Shown: in pieces, positions 48,691 to 58,168 of the stretch
Layout of the letters: each line of letters starts with the position of its first letter
Position numbering within the stretch: position 1 is the first letter of the stretch
The notes under the pieces: model-generated
The model's database searches: none
What the model saw: the letters and a program-made list of their open reading frames with translations, nothing else
Told to the model about the DNA's origin: nothing
Program-made: the position numbers and the translations under genes
From: a virus
Virus record (IMG/VR): IMGVR_UViG_3300025122_000006
Strand: one strand, 5' to 3'
DNA length: 64,000 nucleotides

Positions 48691-49219
48691 TATAAAAATC
48701 ACCCCATTCTACCAATATAGTGCTTCTACCATCTGTCCTATTATATGCTTTATAATACGCTGGAAATATATCTTCTGGTTCGTCTAATCTAATAACTTCA
48801 ATAGTACTTAACATGTGTTTAAATGCTTCAGTAAAGTCTCCGGAATGTTGAGTTTGAGGATCTAAAGGCCTAACGGATCCTATGCCCGTCCTTATAATAA
48901 CTTTTGGAGTAAATTGTCCATCCGTATAAACGGGATATTTATCCAAATGGTTTACTAATTGATTTGCCGCCAATAATAAAAAATTCCATCTAGGATAAAT
49001 ACTAATGGGAACTAAGCCACCAACCGCTAAACCATTTGTTATACCCATTTGCATTTCTTCATTAACCGGCATTTCAATTAATTTATCTCTAGATATTTTT
49101 CCAAGTGTGTTGGTCATCGCAGTGCCTTTATATTCAACTGCTTGACCCAAAAATACTGTATCTTCCTGTTTTCCAAGATAAGTCATCGCTTTTTCTAATT
49201 CATTGAAATATTTTCCCAT
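48680..49219 (-). CDS. TPP-dependent E1-beta / transketolase pyrimidine-binding subunit (short form)
   Basis: VFLGQAV, EMPVNEEMQMG, NQLVNH, PQTQHS; 179 aa, lacking the C-terminal domain. Confidence 0.8.
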   Translation of the reverse strand: MGKYFNELEKAMTYLGKQEDTVFLGQAVEYKGTAMTNTLGKISRDKLIEMPVNEEMQMGITNGLAVGGLVPISIYPRWNFLLLAANQLVNHLDKYPVYTDGQFTPKVIIRTGIGSVRPLDPQTQHSGDFTEAFKHMLSTIEVIRLDEPEDIFPAYYKAYNRTDGRSTILVEWGDFYNEK

Positions 49220-49228
49220 TCTTTCCTC

Positions 49229-49840
49229 TTAAAATTGAACTCTTGTCCCCGCACCAGCGTGAGGATATTTATCTAAATTATATTTGTAATATGTAATGTA
49301 TTCATCATTAACCCCTTCGTAAGTCATCTTCTCCAGAGCCCAAGTTGCTTTCGTATCAGTGCATACAGATTTGCCATTATCTTCAATAATAAAATGAATA
49401 GGTAGTTTATGGTTTCTAGCATATTTAATACATTCGTGTGCTGCTCCTGTCTCGGAAGTCATTTCTCCCATGAAGCAATAAACTTTATTGGTTCCGCCCG
49501 ACCTTTTTATGCCGAGAGCCAAACCTACCGAAACAGATAATTGACCTGTCACGATTCCAGAACATAAAACTCGTTGTTCTTTGAAGCCTAAAGAAATTGA
49601 TCTTCCCTGCAAGATAGACTTTTTTAATTCTTCTTTCGGGACACCTTTTAATAAGCATTGATAATGACTCCTCCAAGAACACAAAACCCAATCATCTTTA
49701 CTAATTTTATGTTTTTTAAAAATATCAATCATTTGCTCTTCATTGCCATGATATAAATGAACTGGTGCCTTAATTAACGCATTATTAAAGCATTCTGCTA
49801 TTTCATTTTCGAATTCAATTAATTCTTCTTTAGTCATCAT
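49229..49840 (-). CDS. TPP-dependent E1-alpha-like subunit (short form)
   Basis: PVHL..GNEE, WRSHY..LLKG, MGEM..ETG...IIEDN TPP-binding motif, PHAG. Confidence 0.8.
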   Translation of the reverse strand: MMTKEELIEFENEIAECFNNALIKAPVHLYHGNEEQMIDIFKKHKISKDDWVLCSWRSHYQCLLKGVPKEELKKSILQGRSISLGFKEQRVLCSGIVTGQLSVSVGLALGIKRSGGTNKVYCFMGEMTSETGAAHECIKYARNHKLPIHFIIEDNGKSVCTDTKATWALEKMTYEGVNDEYITYYKYNLDKYPHAGAGTRVQF

Positions 49841-49841
49841 T

Positions 49842-51356
49842 TTAATCACCTAAAATTTTTCTTTTTAATTTATGATCACACATCTTAACAATCCCATCAC
49901 GAGTTTCTTTTCCAAATTTATTTTCAATGGAATTCAAATATCTTTCGTCTTCGTGATAATTGTTAAATGCGGCATCCCTAAATTTTACCACTTCTGCCGC
50001 GGAAATATATTTGGTATCAAGTGGACGCATATTATAGGAATGCTGAGAATAGCCAACATAAGAATCTGGCAATGTTAAACTCTCTTTAAGTGCCTCTAGA
50101 TACAATTTAGACCCTGGATATGCCATCGAACAATAAAAATTTGCAAATTCACAATTCAAATCTTTTGCCAAATCTAGAGTCTCTTGCATAGTTTCCAGGT
50201 TGTCTTCGGGTAAACCAAAAATATAATTACCAATTACATTTATACCAGCATCTTGAATTTGTTTTACTAAATCTTTAATGTTAACTTCGGTGAATTTTCC
50301 TTTGATAACATCTTTTCTAACGACTTTATTGCCCGACTCAATTCCCAATGCTAACCATTCAACGCCAGCTTTTTTCAAAGTTTCTAAATAAGATTCTTTT
50401 ACTGTATCAATTCTTGCATATGCCCAGATATTAAAATCGTATCCTCTATCGACTATATTGTCACATAATTTCATGAAATGATTTTTGTTCAAAACGAACA
50501 TCTCATCAGCAATTTTTACATTCCTAATTCCCATTTCAGCAATCTTATCAAATTCAGTTATCATGAAATCTGGATCCCAAAATCTAAACTTATTTCTTCC
50601 ATAATCCCAATTTTCAATATTATTGTTCCCAAAAGGAGCATTAATGCAACAAAAACTACATCTAAAGGGGCACCCAAGGCTCGTATACAAAGACGCAAAA
50701 GGAGCGGTATCATTATCATTAGACATTGCATGCCAGTTGGAAGTTCTATATTTTTCCATAGGAAGAAGATCCCAGGCTACACCGGGAAGTTCATGCTGTA
50801 GTTGGTCTTGTGTGATTAAAGGAGCCGGTCTTGTAAAACAAATTTTACCTTCATCCCTATACCATAGTCCTGGTACTTTTCTTAATTGTGTTGAGTCTTC
50901 TAAATCACTAATTTGCAAAAGAGCAGTGATCGTTCTAGGGCCTTCTCCTTGGCAAACAAAATCGGCTTTTTCATCTTGCATTGTTTTTCGCGAAGTCGCC
51001 GATGGATAGAGACCAGTCAACAAAACTTTTAGACTTGGGTTTATTTCTTTTAAAAATTCCATACAATCATGTACACCTTGCATATTTTGAGTTGAAGCCG
51101 ATGGTTGTTGTCCATAGACCACAAACACAGTTAATTTTGGATTTAATTTATTAATCCTCATGGCACTTTCAAACGAAGAAATACCTTCCGCTTCACAATC
51201 CAAAATTAGTGTATTATGGTATCCAGCCGATCTTAAGTGATTAGCCAGCAAACCAGCCCAAATTGGAGGCTCAATTGCAGATAAATTTTTACTTAAATCT
51301 TGATAAACTTTTTCTGATGCGTTGGGATGCACAAATAATACATCTAATTTATTCAT
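49842..51356 (-). CDS. Cobalamin-dependent radical SAM enzyme (class B methyltransferase-like)
   Basis: N-terminal B12-binding domain (EPP.W.GLLA), CPFRCSFC, GIESG, YPGS.LY; AGGAG RBS before 51356. Confidence 0.85.
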   Translation of the reverse strand: MNKLDVLFVHPNASEKVYQDLSKNLSAIEPPIWAGLLANHLRSAGYHNTLILDCEAEGISSFESAMRINKLNPKLTVFVVYGQQPSASTQNMQGVHDCMEFLKEINPSLKVLLTGLYPSATSRKTMQDEKADFVCQGEGPRTITALLQISDLEDSTQLRKVPGLWYRDEGKICFTRPAPLITQDQLQHELPGVAWDLLPMEKYRTSNWHAMSNDNDTAPFASLYTSLGCPFRCSFCCINAPFGNNNIENWDYGRNKFRFWDPDFMITEFDKIAEMGIRNVKIADEMFVLNKNHFMKLCDNIVDRGYDFNIWAYARIDTVKESYLETLKKAGVEWLALGIESGNKVVRKDVIKGKFTEVNIKDLVKQIQDAGINVIGNYIFGLPEDNLETMQETLDLAKDLNCEFANFYCSMAYPGSKLYLEALKESLTLPDSYVGYSQHSYNMRPLDTKYISAAEVVKFRDAAFNNYHEDERYLNSIENKFGKETRDGIVKMCDHKLKRKILGD

Positions 51357-51363
51357 AATTCTC

Positions 51364-52293
51364 CTAGTAATTTGCGAACCAAGGCGATTCAATAATTTCA
51401 TATGCTTTCATTAATTCTTTGATACCAGTATCAAGATCATTTTCACAAGTGAAACCTTTGTCATAAATCTTTTGGCTACTAACAACATAATCTCTAGTAT
51501 CAGGATCAGAATTGAATTCAGCCTTAATAACCTCCAAAGGAATGTGTCTTTGAATTGTTTTTGCAAGTTGTAATTTGTTCATGTTGATTTCATCATGGCC
51601 AACATTATAAGTTTCATTTTTGCATTGTTCCCAATTATCTAAAACAAATTTAAACGATCTACAAGCATCTTGAATATGCAAATAATTCCTCATAAATTCA
51701 CATTCATATAAAACCAAAACCCTTTCTCGCAAAGCTTTTAGGACAAAATTATTAACTAATAGGTCCGTTCTCATTCTAGAAGAGGGGCCAAAAACAGTTG
51801 CAAATCTAAATGTCACATGATTTTCCACTTCTTTGTAGGCTTTCTCTGCCTGCACTTTTGTGACTCCGTACAAGGAAATAGGATTTAATTCGGATTCTTC
51901 GGTACACACGCCATTACCGGTTCCGTATCCAGAATTTGTACAAGGATAAATAACTATTTGATCTTTCGATTTATTATCGGCAATCCACTGATTTACTTCG
52001 TAATTGATTTCTTTTGCCCCTCTTTTATCTCTATCGCATAGGGGAAAACCAACTAGTGCTGCCAATGGAATTATAATATCTGCTTTTGATACATATTTTT
52101 TTAAAAGATTAATGTTTCTAACATCTTCTTTTACAAAATTAAAATTTGAACACGTAGTATATCGCAATAAAGAAGTGCAATCATACATTAAATTATCTAA
52201 ACAGGTGACTTCATAGCCATCACCTAATAAATGCGCAGTGAGTTCACTACCGATATACCCAGCTCCGCCCGTAATTAAAACTTTTTCTCTCAT
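51364..52293 (-). CDS. NAD-dependent NDP-heptose dehydrogenase/epimerase, Cj1427 (WcaG)-like
   Basis: GGAGYIGS, ADIIIPLAALVG.PLC, IYPCTNSGYG, CTEES.L.PIS.YG..K, RMR.DLLVN.F, DPD.RDY.VS, C-terminal FANY. Confidence 0.85.
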   Translation of the reverse strand: MREKVLITGGAGYIGSELTAHLLGDGYEVTCLDNLMYDCTSLLRYTTCSNFNFVKEDVRNINLLKKYVSKADIIIPLAALVGFPLCDRDKRGAKEINYEVNQWIADNKSKDQIVIYPCTNSGYGTGNGVCTEESELNPISLYGVTKVQAEKAYKEVENHVTFRFATVFGPSSRMRTDLLVNNFVLKALRERVLVLYECEFMRNYLHIQDACRSFKFVLDNWEQCKNETYNVGHDEINMNKLQLAKTIQRHIPLEVIKAEFNSDPDTRDYVVSSQKIYDKGFTCENDLDTGIKELMKAYEIIESPWFANY

Positions 52294-52595
52294 CACCACT
52301 CCAGTTTTCCAGTTACAATATCTTTGAGCATTATCCAATCACATGCTTTTGCCCATGCTGGTCTCGAGAAAGCAGCGGGAATGTTTTTTTCAAAAAAATA
52401 ATGCCCTGACCACGCAAAGGGATAAACAACAAAAGGCGCCAATAACAGCAAAGCCCAAATCTGTGTTAATATGGTGCCTATAATAAATATAATTGTTACT
52501 AGTTGACCTAAAACATGTAAACGACGAGTCCATTTATTCTGATGTAATGTTAAATAGTATTCATAATATTCTTTAAATGTCAAGTTATTATTCAT
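52293..52595 (-). CDS. DUF962 / Mpo1-like membrane protein
   Basis: YYL.LHQN..TRRLH..G, FAWSGHYFFEKN.PAAF. Confidence 0.85.
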   Translation of the reverse strand: MNNNLTFKEYYEYYLTLHQNKWTRRLHVLGQLVTIIFIIGTILTQIWALLLLAPFVVYPFAWSGHYFFEKNIPAAFSRPAWAKACDWIMLKDIVTGKLEW

Positions 52596-52995
52596 CCCAA
52601 CTAATCTCCCAATCTTTAAATTCTGCCGCCAAGCAGTCTATCTTATAATCTTTGCGACCGCCAACTTTTTCTTGTATTCTATTCTTTGCTGTGTTTCTGA
52701 TTCCATTTAGGCCGTGAGTTAATTCTAAGTTATTTCCATCTCTAATTCCTTTACGATAATTTGATTCATTGTGCCAAATGTGTAAATTCATTTGAGAGAG
52801 TACGACGATGGATCGAATTAATTGAGCATCGATTACTTTGCTTTCTGAGAGCAAAATATCAATGTCATGGCAAATATCCGAAATTTCTTTAGCGTATTCT
52901 TCTTTATGATTAGGGATAAAAACCTCTTTCAACTGGACTATAGATAATCTATCTACTAGTTCGGATAATGTCGGTAAATATTTTCTTTTTTCCAT
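52588..52995 (-). CDS. Hypothetical protein (DUF4254/DUF6165-like helical bundle)
   Basis: ELVDRLSIVQLK and NLHIWHNE..R...LNGIR motifs; GGAGG RBS. Confidence 0.5.
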   Translation of the reverse strand: MEKRKYLPTLSELVDRLSIVQLKEVFIPNHKEEYAKEISDICHDIDILLSESKVIDAQLIRSIVVLSQMNLHIWHNESNYRKGIRDGNNLELTHGLNGIRNTAKNRIQEKVGGRKDYKIDCLAAEFKDWEISWDE

Positions 52996-52996
52996 T

Positions 52997-54625
52997 TCAG
53001 CCTCCTACAAATTGATCGAAATATGGTTTAAATAGGGAATAATTATCCCCAAAAAGATTACGATATTCATAAAAGATCCTAGCTTCTTCCCTTTTTTGTT
53101 CAAGATTATCATCAGAACTAGATCTACCCCCAGAATAATATAAGCCCACCACTTCATCAATTTTCTTGAACCTGCTTCCATTAGAAACACTTCGGAGCCA
53201 CATTTCCCAATCATCTGCATAGTTGCACCTTTCAGAATCAAAAAACCCATATTTATCATGTATATTTCTTCTCCAAAGAGGCATGGGGCCTGGCAGGCAT
53301 TTTATCATGTTTTCCTTTGAAAATGGAAATCTAGAGTGATCAAACAACATACTATTTGACGAATTTTCTTCAAATTTTTCATTTGCGACTTCTGTACAAT
53401 AAACATCTCCATACACTAAATCGATTGTTGTATCATCTTTCATATTATTATAAAGCACTTCCAGACAATCGTTTCTTTTTACATCATCAATAAAGGCAAA
53501 AGTTACATATTCCCCATTGGATAGCTCCAGAGCTCTGTTCAAGCAAGGTGTAATCGCTTCTTTTTCTTCCAATCTTTTATAAACTATATTATCAAATTTT
53601 TTCAAATATTTTTTAATTAGTTCGGACTCCCCTCTGTAAGACCCAGCATCAATTATTATTAACTCACAATCATTAAAAATGGTTTGATTAGTTATGTTTT
53701 CTAAAAAATTATTTAGAAAACCTTTTCCTTCATGAAAGGTTGTGATAATTGAAACCAAAGGGTTTCTTTTTTCTTCTAAATCGCGTTTGTATAACCGCTC
53801 AATAATAGAAATAATTTCAGACCTTTTTTTATACATAAATTCAATAAGCTCTTCGCCTTTTAAGCTGAACCACTCTTCAGAGGCGGCTCCCGCTAAATTA
53901 TTTGTAATAACAGAGCACCCCATCATCCTAGCTTCAACCAATATCCTAGATAAAGTTTCTGGTGTTTTTGGTAAAAAAAGAAATTTGGAATTTGATCCAA
54001 GTTTTTCTAGAAATTTAAAATAATTGGGATCAGAAATTAATTCATATTTTAAATCTTTGGATGAGCAATAGCGTATAGCCCCTAAAGTGTTTTTGTGTTC
54101 GATATCAGATTCCATTATTGAAATTTTATCTGTTTGTTTTTGCATCTTAGATATTTCCTTCATTTTGTGCAAACTATCCTTAGACCACAAATTTCCTCCC
54201 AAATTAATTACGTTATCAAGTTTCAAGTTTTTTTCAATTATTTCTTTATGAAATTTTGATTGACAAAGCACAGCCATCGCATTTTTATAAAAATAAAAAT
54301 TAATCAAATTTTTTGGAGATGCCTTAAAGTCTCTATAAGTTGCTGGGTTTCTTGATTTTAAATACTTATGATCATGCTCGTATATTAAATACCTTAAGTT
54401 CATTAACACCTGTCGACATTCATTAGAAAGATTAATATAATTAGATACAATAAAAAACGCATTTTTATTAGAATTTATTAATCTTTTTGTAACAAGATGA
54501 GATTGTGTTTTGTCAACTTTATAACCTCCATTTCTTAATTCCAAAATTAATTCTTCATTATTTAATTCTCCACCACCAAGAATATGTTCAGTAAAAAAAT
54601 CAGCTATAAAAATAATTTTTTTCAT
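52997..54625 (-). CDS. Two-domain glycosyltransferase (GT-B-like N-terminal + GT2 C-terminal)
   Basis: GGGELN; PETLSRILVEARMMGC; VSIITT...ELIIIDAGS...FIDD...ADDWEMWLR. Confidence 0.8.
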   Translation of the reverse strand: MKKIIFIADFFTEHILGGGELNNEELILELRNGGYKVDKTQSHLVTKRLINSNKNAFFIVSNYINLSNECRQVLMNLRYLIYEHDHKYLKSRNPATYRDFKASPKNLINFYFYKNAMAVLCQSKFHKEIIEKNLKLDNVINLGGNLWSKDSLHKMKEISKMQKQTDKISIMESDIEHKNTLGAIRYCSSKDLKYELISDPNYFKFLEKLGSNSKFLFLPKTPETLSRILVEARMMGCSVITNNLAGAASEEWFSLKGEELIEFMYKKRSEIISIIERLYKRDLEEKRNPLVSIITTFHEGKGFLNNFLENITNQTIFNDCELIIIDAGSYRGESELIKKYLKKFDNIVYKRLEEKEAITPCLNRALELSNGEYVTFAFIDDVKRNDCLEVLYNNMKDDTTIDLVYGDVYCTEVANEKFEENSSNSMLFDHSRFPFSKENMIKCLPGPMPLWRRNIHDKYGFFDSERCNYADDWEMWLRSVSNGSRFKKIDEVVGLYYSGGRSSSDDNLEQKREEARIFYEYRNLFGDNYSLFKPYFDQFVGG

Positions 54626-55857
54626 TCATACTCCTTAATAATATCCTCTATTTCACCCAGCCAATTATCATCATTCTCATATACGCAATTAACAAAATTT
54701 TCAAATAATTTTTCATCACTAAAATTTTCATTAATTATTTTTTTTAATTCTAATGCTGTCTTTTTTGCTTTATCGTAGTTTTTCCAAGTCTTTCTTAACA
54801 TCATCTTATACGATCCCTGGTCTGCATGTGCCCACATTGAATCTTGTTGGATTACTCCCTCCCATATTGCTTCTGGTTGTACCGGGGCTAAAGAATATTT
54901 TACTTTTTGAAAATAATCCTTCTTATTATGTCTCAGAAAATCTAGCTGCCCAGACCAAGATATTGTAATAACGGGCAATCCTTCTCTGGCAGCTTCGTAC
55001 AAAGGTAATCCGAAACCTTCTCCATGTGCTATATTAATTATTGATTTAATTTTTTCATGATTATATAACCAAGTCATTTGACCACTAGAAAGATCACCGT
55101 GAAGAAGATAAACTTTGCATTTTCTATCTGGATATTGTTTCATAAACATTGATAATGAACCTTCTACCTGTTGTTTGTCCATAATAGAATTGCTTTTAAT
55201 ATTTGTTTTAACTACAAGCCCAACTTCTTGATCTATAAACTCTTCAACCCACCATTTAATAGAATTTGTAAAGTTCTTTCTAGGTCCCATTTGTGATACA
55301 ATTAAAAAATTAAAATCATAAACTAACTGAAACTCATTAATCTCTTCTGGGCTTGTTCTAGGTGTGTTTTCCCAAACAACTTCAACGGGTTTTTCAAGCT
55401 TATAAGGAAACTGTTCTCCTGTATTGTTGTTTACAGCCGTAACCATGGTCTTTTTATAAGTATTTTTTGCATGATTGGAAACGACAAGAATCTTATCCAT
55501 ATCATTTCCTTTTTGAAGCCAAATAGGTGCCACTTTATTAGTTTCAATACCCGCCGTATAACCAATGTTAACAGGACAAATTTTTTCAAATTCATTAGGG
55601 ATTGTAATTTGTAAACTAATATCTGGTGTTAATTTTTTTTCCTGAACTAGTATCTGAGTCTGTATAATTTTATCATCCACCCATCGACGAAACTCATCAT
55701 CCTCCCAAACCCAACCAGTTTCTCCCCAAGGGATGGGTTGGATATAAATATCAAATAAATCTTCTCTTGATCTTAAAGCTCGTAATGCAAACCTAGCTTG
55801 CTCCCCATAGCCAGATTGGGAAAGAATCGGACCTCTTACAAATATTTTTTTTATCAC
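54622..55857 (-). CDS. GT4-family glycosyltransferase
   Basis: SGYG..AR, RKN, HGEGFGLPLYEAA..GLPVI. Confidence 0.85.
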   Translation of the reverse strand: MIKKIFVRGPILSQSGYGEQARFALRALRSREDLFDIYIQPIPWGETGWVWEDDEFRRWVDDKIIQTQILVQEKKLTPDISLQITIPNEFEKICPVNIGYTAGIETNKVAPIWLQKGNDMDKILVVSNHAKNTYKKTMVTAVNNNTGEQFPYKLEKPVEVVWENTPRTSPEEINEFQLVYDFNFLIVSQMGPRKNFTNSIKWWVEEFIDQEVGLVVKTNIKSNSIMDKQQVEGSLSMFMKQYPDRKCKVYLLHGDLSSGQMTWLYNHEKIKSIINIAHGEGFGLPLYEAAREGLPVITISWSGQLDFLRHNKKDYFQKVKYSLAPVQPEAIWEGVIQQDSMWAHADQGSYKMMLRKTWKNYDKAKKTALELKKIINENFSDEKLFENFVNCVYENDDNWLGEIEDIIKEYE

Positions 55858-57119
55858 GCTATCTCCTTAAATGTAATACTATTATATCCTTTTCTTGTGG
55901 ACCAAGAACCTTGTTCTTCATGCAAATCTAACATTAACTTCACCCATTTACTTTTAAATTCTGTAAAATTATAATTCTCCAAAACATGCTGCCTACCTTC
56001 TTTTCCCATTTGTAAACGAGCATCCTCACCCATATCATATAAATTATTTAAGGCAGATAAGAAATGTTCCTTACTAACTCTATCTTCATAAATATATGGA
56101 ACTTCTTGAGAGCCTATAATAACTTTGGATACAGGAAATAAGGGAACACCAAACTGTTTTCCTGGAGCGATTACTTGTTCCTGTAAGCCGCCGGTAACCG
56201 TCGCTATAATTGGAGTCCCGCAAGAAAGAGATTCTAGAGTAGATAACCCAAAACCTTCTGCGTCTGATATATTGACGGTAACATCAACTAAATTATAAAA
56301 TTGGGGCATTTTCTCTAATGGAACCTTTGTTGTAGAAAATAAAACCTGTCCGGCATCTAAACCCAATTCCTCAACAATATGAATTAAATCCTGCCCGTGG
56401 GAATCCTTGGGATCGGTATGCATTATTAATTGAGCTTTGTCGTGCAAATCTCTCTTATCTAGCCATTCTTTAAACCACCATATTAATGTACCAGATTGTT
56501 TTCTACGAGCATTTCTGTTGTTCCAAAAAATTATAAATTTATCAACGTCTTTATCAGAAATGCTCGATTGACGAAAAGCTTTTCTTTGCTCTTTACCTAT
56601 GCGTGTAAACAAACTACTGTCAACTGCATGAGGTAAATAAGTACATTTTACTTCAGGAGCCACGTTTCTTACAACATCTTCAGTTAATTTAGATATAGCC
56701 ACAACAAGATCGTTCGATAAATAAAATTGACGATTAAAATTTGGATATGGATAGTTATCCCAAACATGATAATAAACAATTGGACAAAGAGGCCTGATTT
56801 CATTCTCAATCATCCATAACCATCCGTAAAATCTTGGATCAGTCATAATCCATAGTATATCTGGCTTTTCGTTTCTCAACAAAGACCTTATCATATCTTG
56901 AGTACCATAGCCGTCAACGGGAAAAATTCTCCATTCTTCCGCCCAAGGCTCTACTGACATTGGCTCATAATTATTGTGTTTAATAGCTCCTCCTAATGAA
57001 ATAACCTCAAATTTACCAGATTCTAGAAGAGCCTCACAAACATAACGAGTTTGAGTGCCGACACCAGATGGACTTAATGGGTGATCACCTATAGTTAAAA
57101 CTTTGATTTTTTTAGACAT
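55854..57119 (-). CDS. GT4-family glycosyltransferase
   Basis: SGVGTQ, NRNARRK, AEGFGLSTLESLSCGTPII; AAGGAG RBS. Confidence 0.85.
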   Translation of the reverse strand: MSKKIKVLTIGDHPLSPSGVGTQTRYVCEALLESGKFEVISLGGAIKHNNYEPMSVEPWAEEWRIFPVDGYGTQDMIRSLLRNEKPDILWIMTDPRFYGWLWMIENEIRPLCPIVYYHVWDNYPYPNFNRQFYLSNDLVVAISKLTEDVVRNVAPEVKCTYLPHAVDSSLFTRIGKEQRKAFRQSSISDKDVDKFIIFWNNRNARRKQSGTLIWWFKEWLDKRDLHDKAQLIMHTDPKDSHGQDLIHIVEELGLDAGQVLFSTTKVPLEKMPQFYNLVDVTVNISDAEGFGLSTLESLSCGTPIIATVTGGLQEQVIAPGKQFGVPLFPVSKVIIGSQEVPYIYEDRVSKEHFLSALNNLYDMGEDARLQMGKEGRQHVLENYNFTEFKSKWVKLMLDLHEEQGSWSTRKGYNSITFKEIA

Positions 57120-57147
57120 ACGTCTCCTTAATGTTTGTTTTGGTTAT

Positions 57148-57176
57148 AATATAACACATGAAAAATGTATTGTCAA
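57148..57176 (-). promoter_or_regulatory. Sigma70-type promoter TTGACA-N17-TATATT (extended TG) driving the glycosylation operon
   Basis: Minus strand reads TTGACA ATACATTTTTCATGTGT TATATT ATAA, with an A/T-rich upstream tract. Confidence 0.8.
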
Positions 57177-57202
57177 GAAAAAAGTTGAATTTTTTTTTAT
57201 TT

Positions 57203-58156
57203 TTATATGGAGTCGAAATAAATAACCCCACTTACAACAGCTACCGACAAAGCAAGCCCGAGCATTATCTTTAAAAAATCTGCCACCAGCATTGGAAAGA
57301 TCACGCTTATTTCTTTACCTTGATTAAATGTGCGATAAACGGCCAATTCGCGCCCTGCAAGCAATCCTACAAAGACCCAAGTGGTAGACATAGGGATCGC
57401 ACTGTGGATCTTAAAATACCACAATACCAGCGCATAGAATAGATCTATCAAACAGGCCGATCTAATGAAACGAGTTCCGCTTTTGGATAGGACAATTTCT
57501 TGGATCTTTCCTCCGCGATTGTAAAAGAGGCTGCCAAGGCCTATTACAAGCACTCCAATCACGCCAAGCATCATGGACAAGGGGACATCGTTGCGAGGCA
57601 AATAAACGAACACGTTGGCGATGTCATGAGACAACCACATATGCCACAGGAATCCTGTTGAGAGCCATTGAGCTATCATCCAAAATTTCTTGTTCTCTTC
57701 TCGGACTTTTTCTTTTTCGTTGAAAAATTGATGAAGGAGCATCCAGATAGCATAGGCAGATAAGGCAGCAACTCCATAACCCAATGCTGATTTCATAATT
57801 ATCTTTTCTAACACCAGGCTGCTTGAAAATGCGCTAAGAGTTAGAAGCGTTGTTGACACCGGAATACCAAAACGAGTAAGCCCCAACAAAAGTGCCGGGG
57901 CTAAAGCATGATACCAATGGAAAGTTTCCGGAAGAGGGATCCTATCCAATCTTCCGAAAGCAATATCCCCGGCAAACCAGCCAGACAAAAGAGTCGCGGT
58001 TAGAATGATAGAAGCAAAAGCCCACATCCAATACCACTTTACTTTTTTGTTATTGGAGCTTATGAATGTTCCAAGAGTTTGAGCGCTGTCGTTTCCAATA
58101 ACCGACAGGGCAGCTAGAAGAAAACCCAGAACACCAAACACCGCAGATAAAGACAT
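57203..58156 (-). CDS. PiT/PHO4-like inorganic phosphate (or anion) transporter
   Basis: About 10 TM helices; internally duplicated signatures IGNDSAQ/SHDIAN and PVSTT/PMSTT. Confidence 0.65.
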   Translation of the reverse strand: MSLSAVFGVLGFLLAALSVIGNDSAQTLGTFISSNNKKVKWYWMWAFASIILTATLLSGWFAGDIAFGRLDRIPLPETFHWYHALAPALLLGLTRFGIPVSTTLLTLSAFSSSLVLEKIIMKSALGYGVAALSAYAIWMLLHQFFNEKEKVREENKKFWMIAQWLSTGFLWHMWLSHDIANVFVYLPRNDVPLSMMLGVIGVLVIGLGSLFYNRGGKIQEIVLSKSGTRFIRSACLIDLFYALVLWYFKIHSAIPMSTTWVFVGLLAGRELAVYRTFNQGKEISVIFPMLVADFLKIMLGLALSVAVVSGVIYFDSI

Positions 58157-58168
58157 TTTTACCTTCCT

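Noticed and set aside
48680-49840. Pyruvate dehydrogenase pdhA/pdhB as a metabolic AMG
   Set aside because: The subunits are truncated, E2/E3 are absent from the window, and the context is NDP-sugar biosynthesis.
35834-57119. Bacterial LPS/capsule locus or chimeric assembly
   Set aside because: It is continuous in strand and spacing with phage genes (coupled through to the sigma factor) and lacks flippase, polymerase and export genes.
35834-57119. DNA hypermodification as the main purpose of the glycan locus
   Set aside because: Not excluded, but the window has no hydroxymethylase, thymidylate-synthase-like or other base-priming gene, and the locus adjoins structural genes carrying a candidate sequon. 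Ranked below protein glycosylation.
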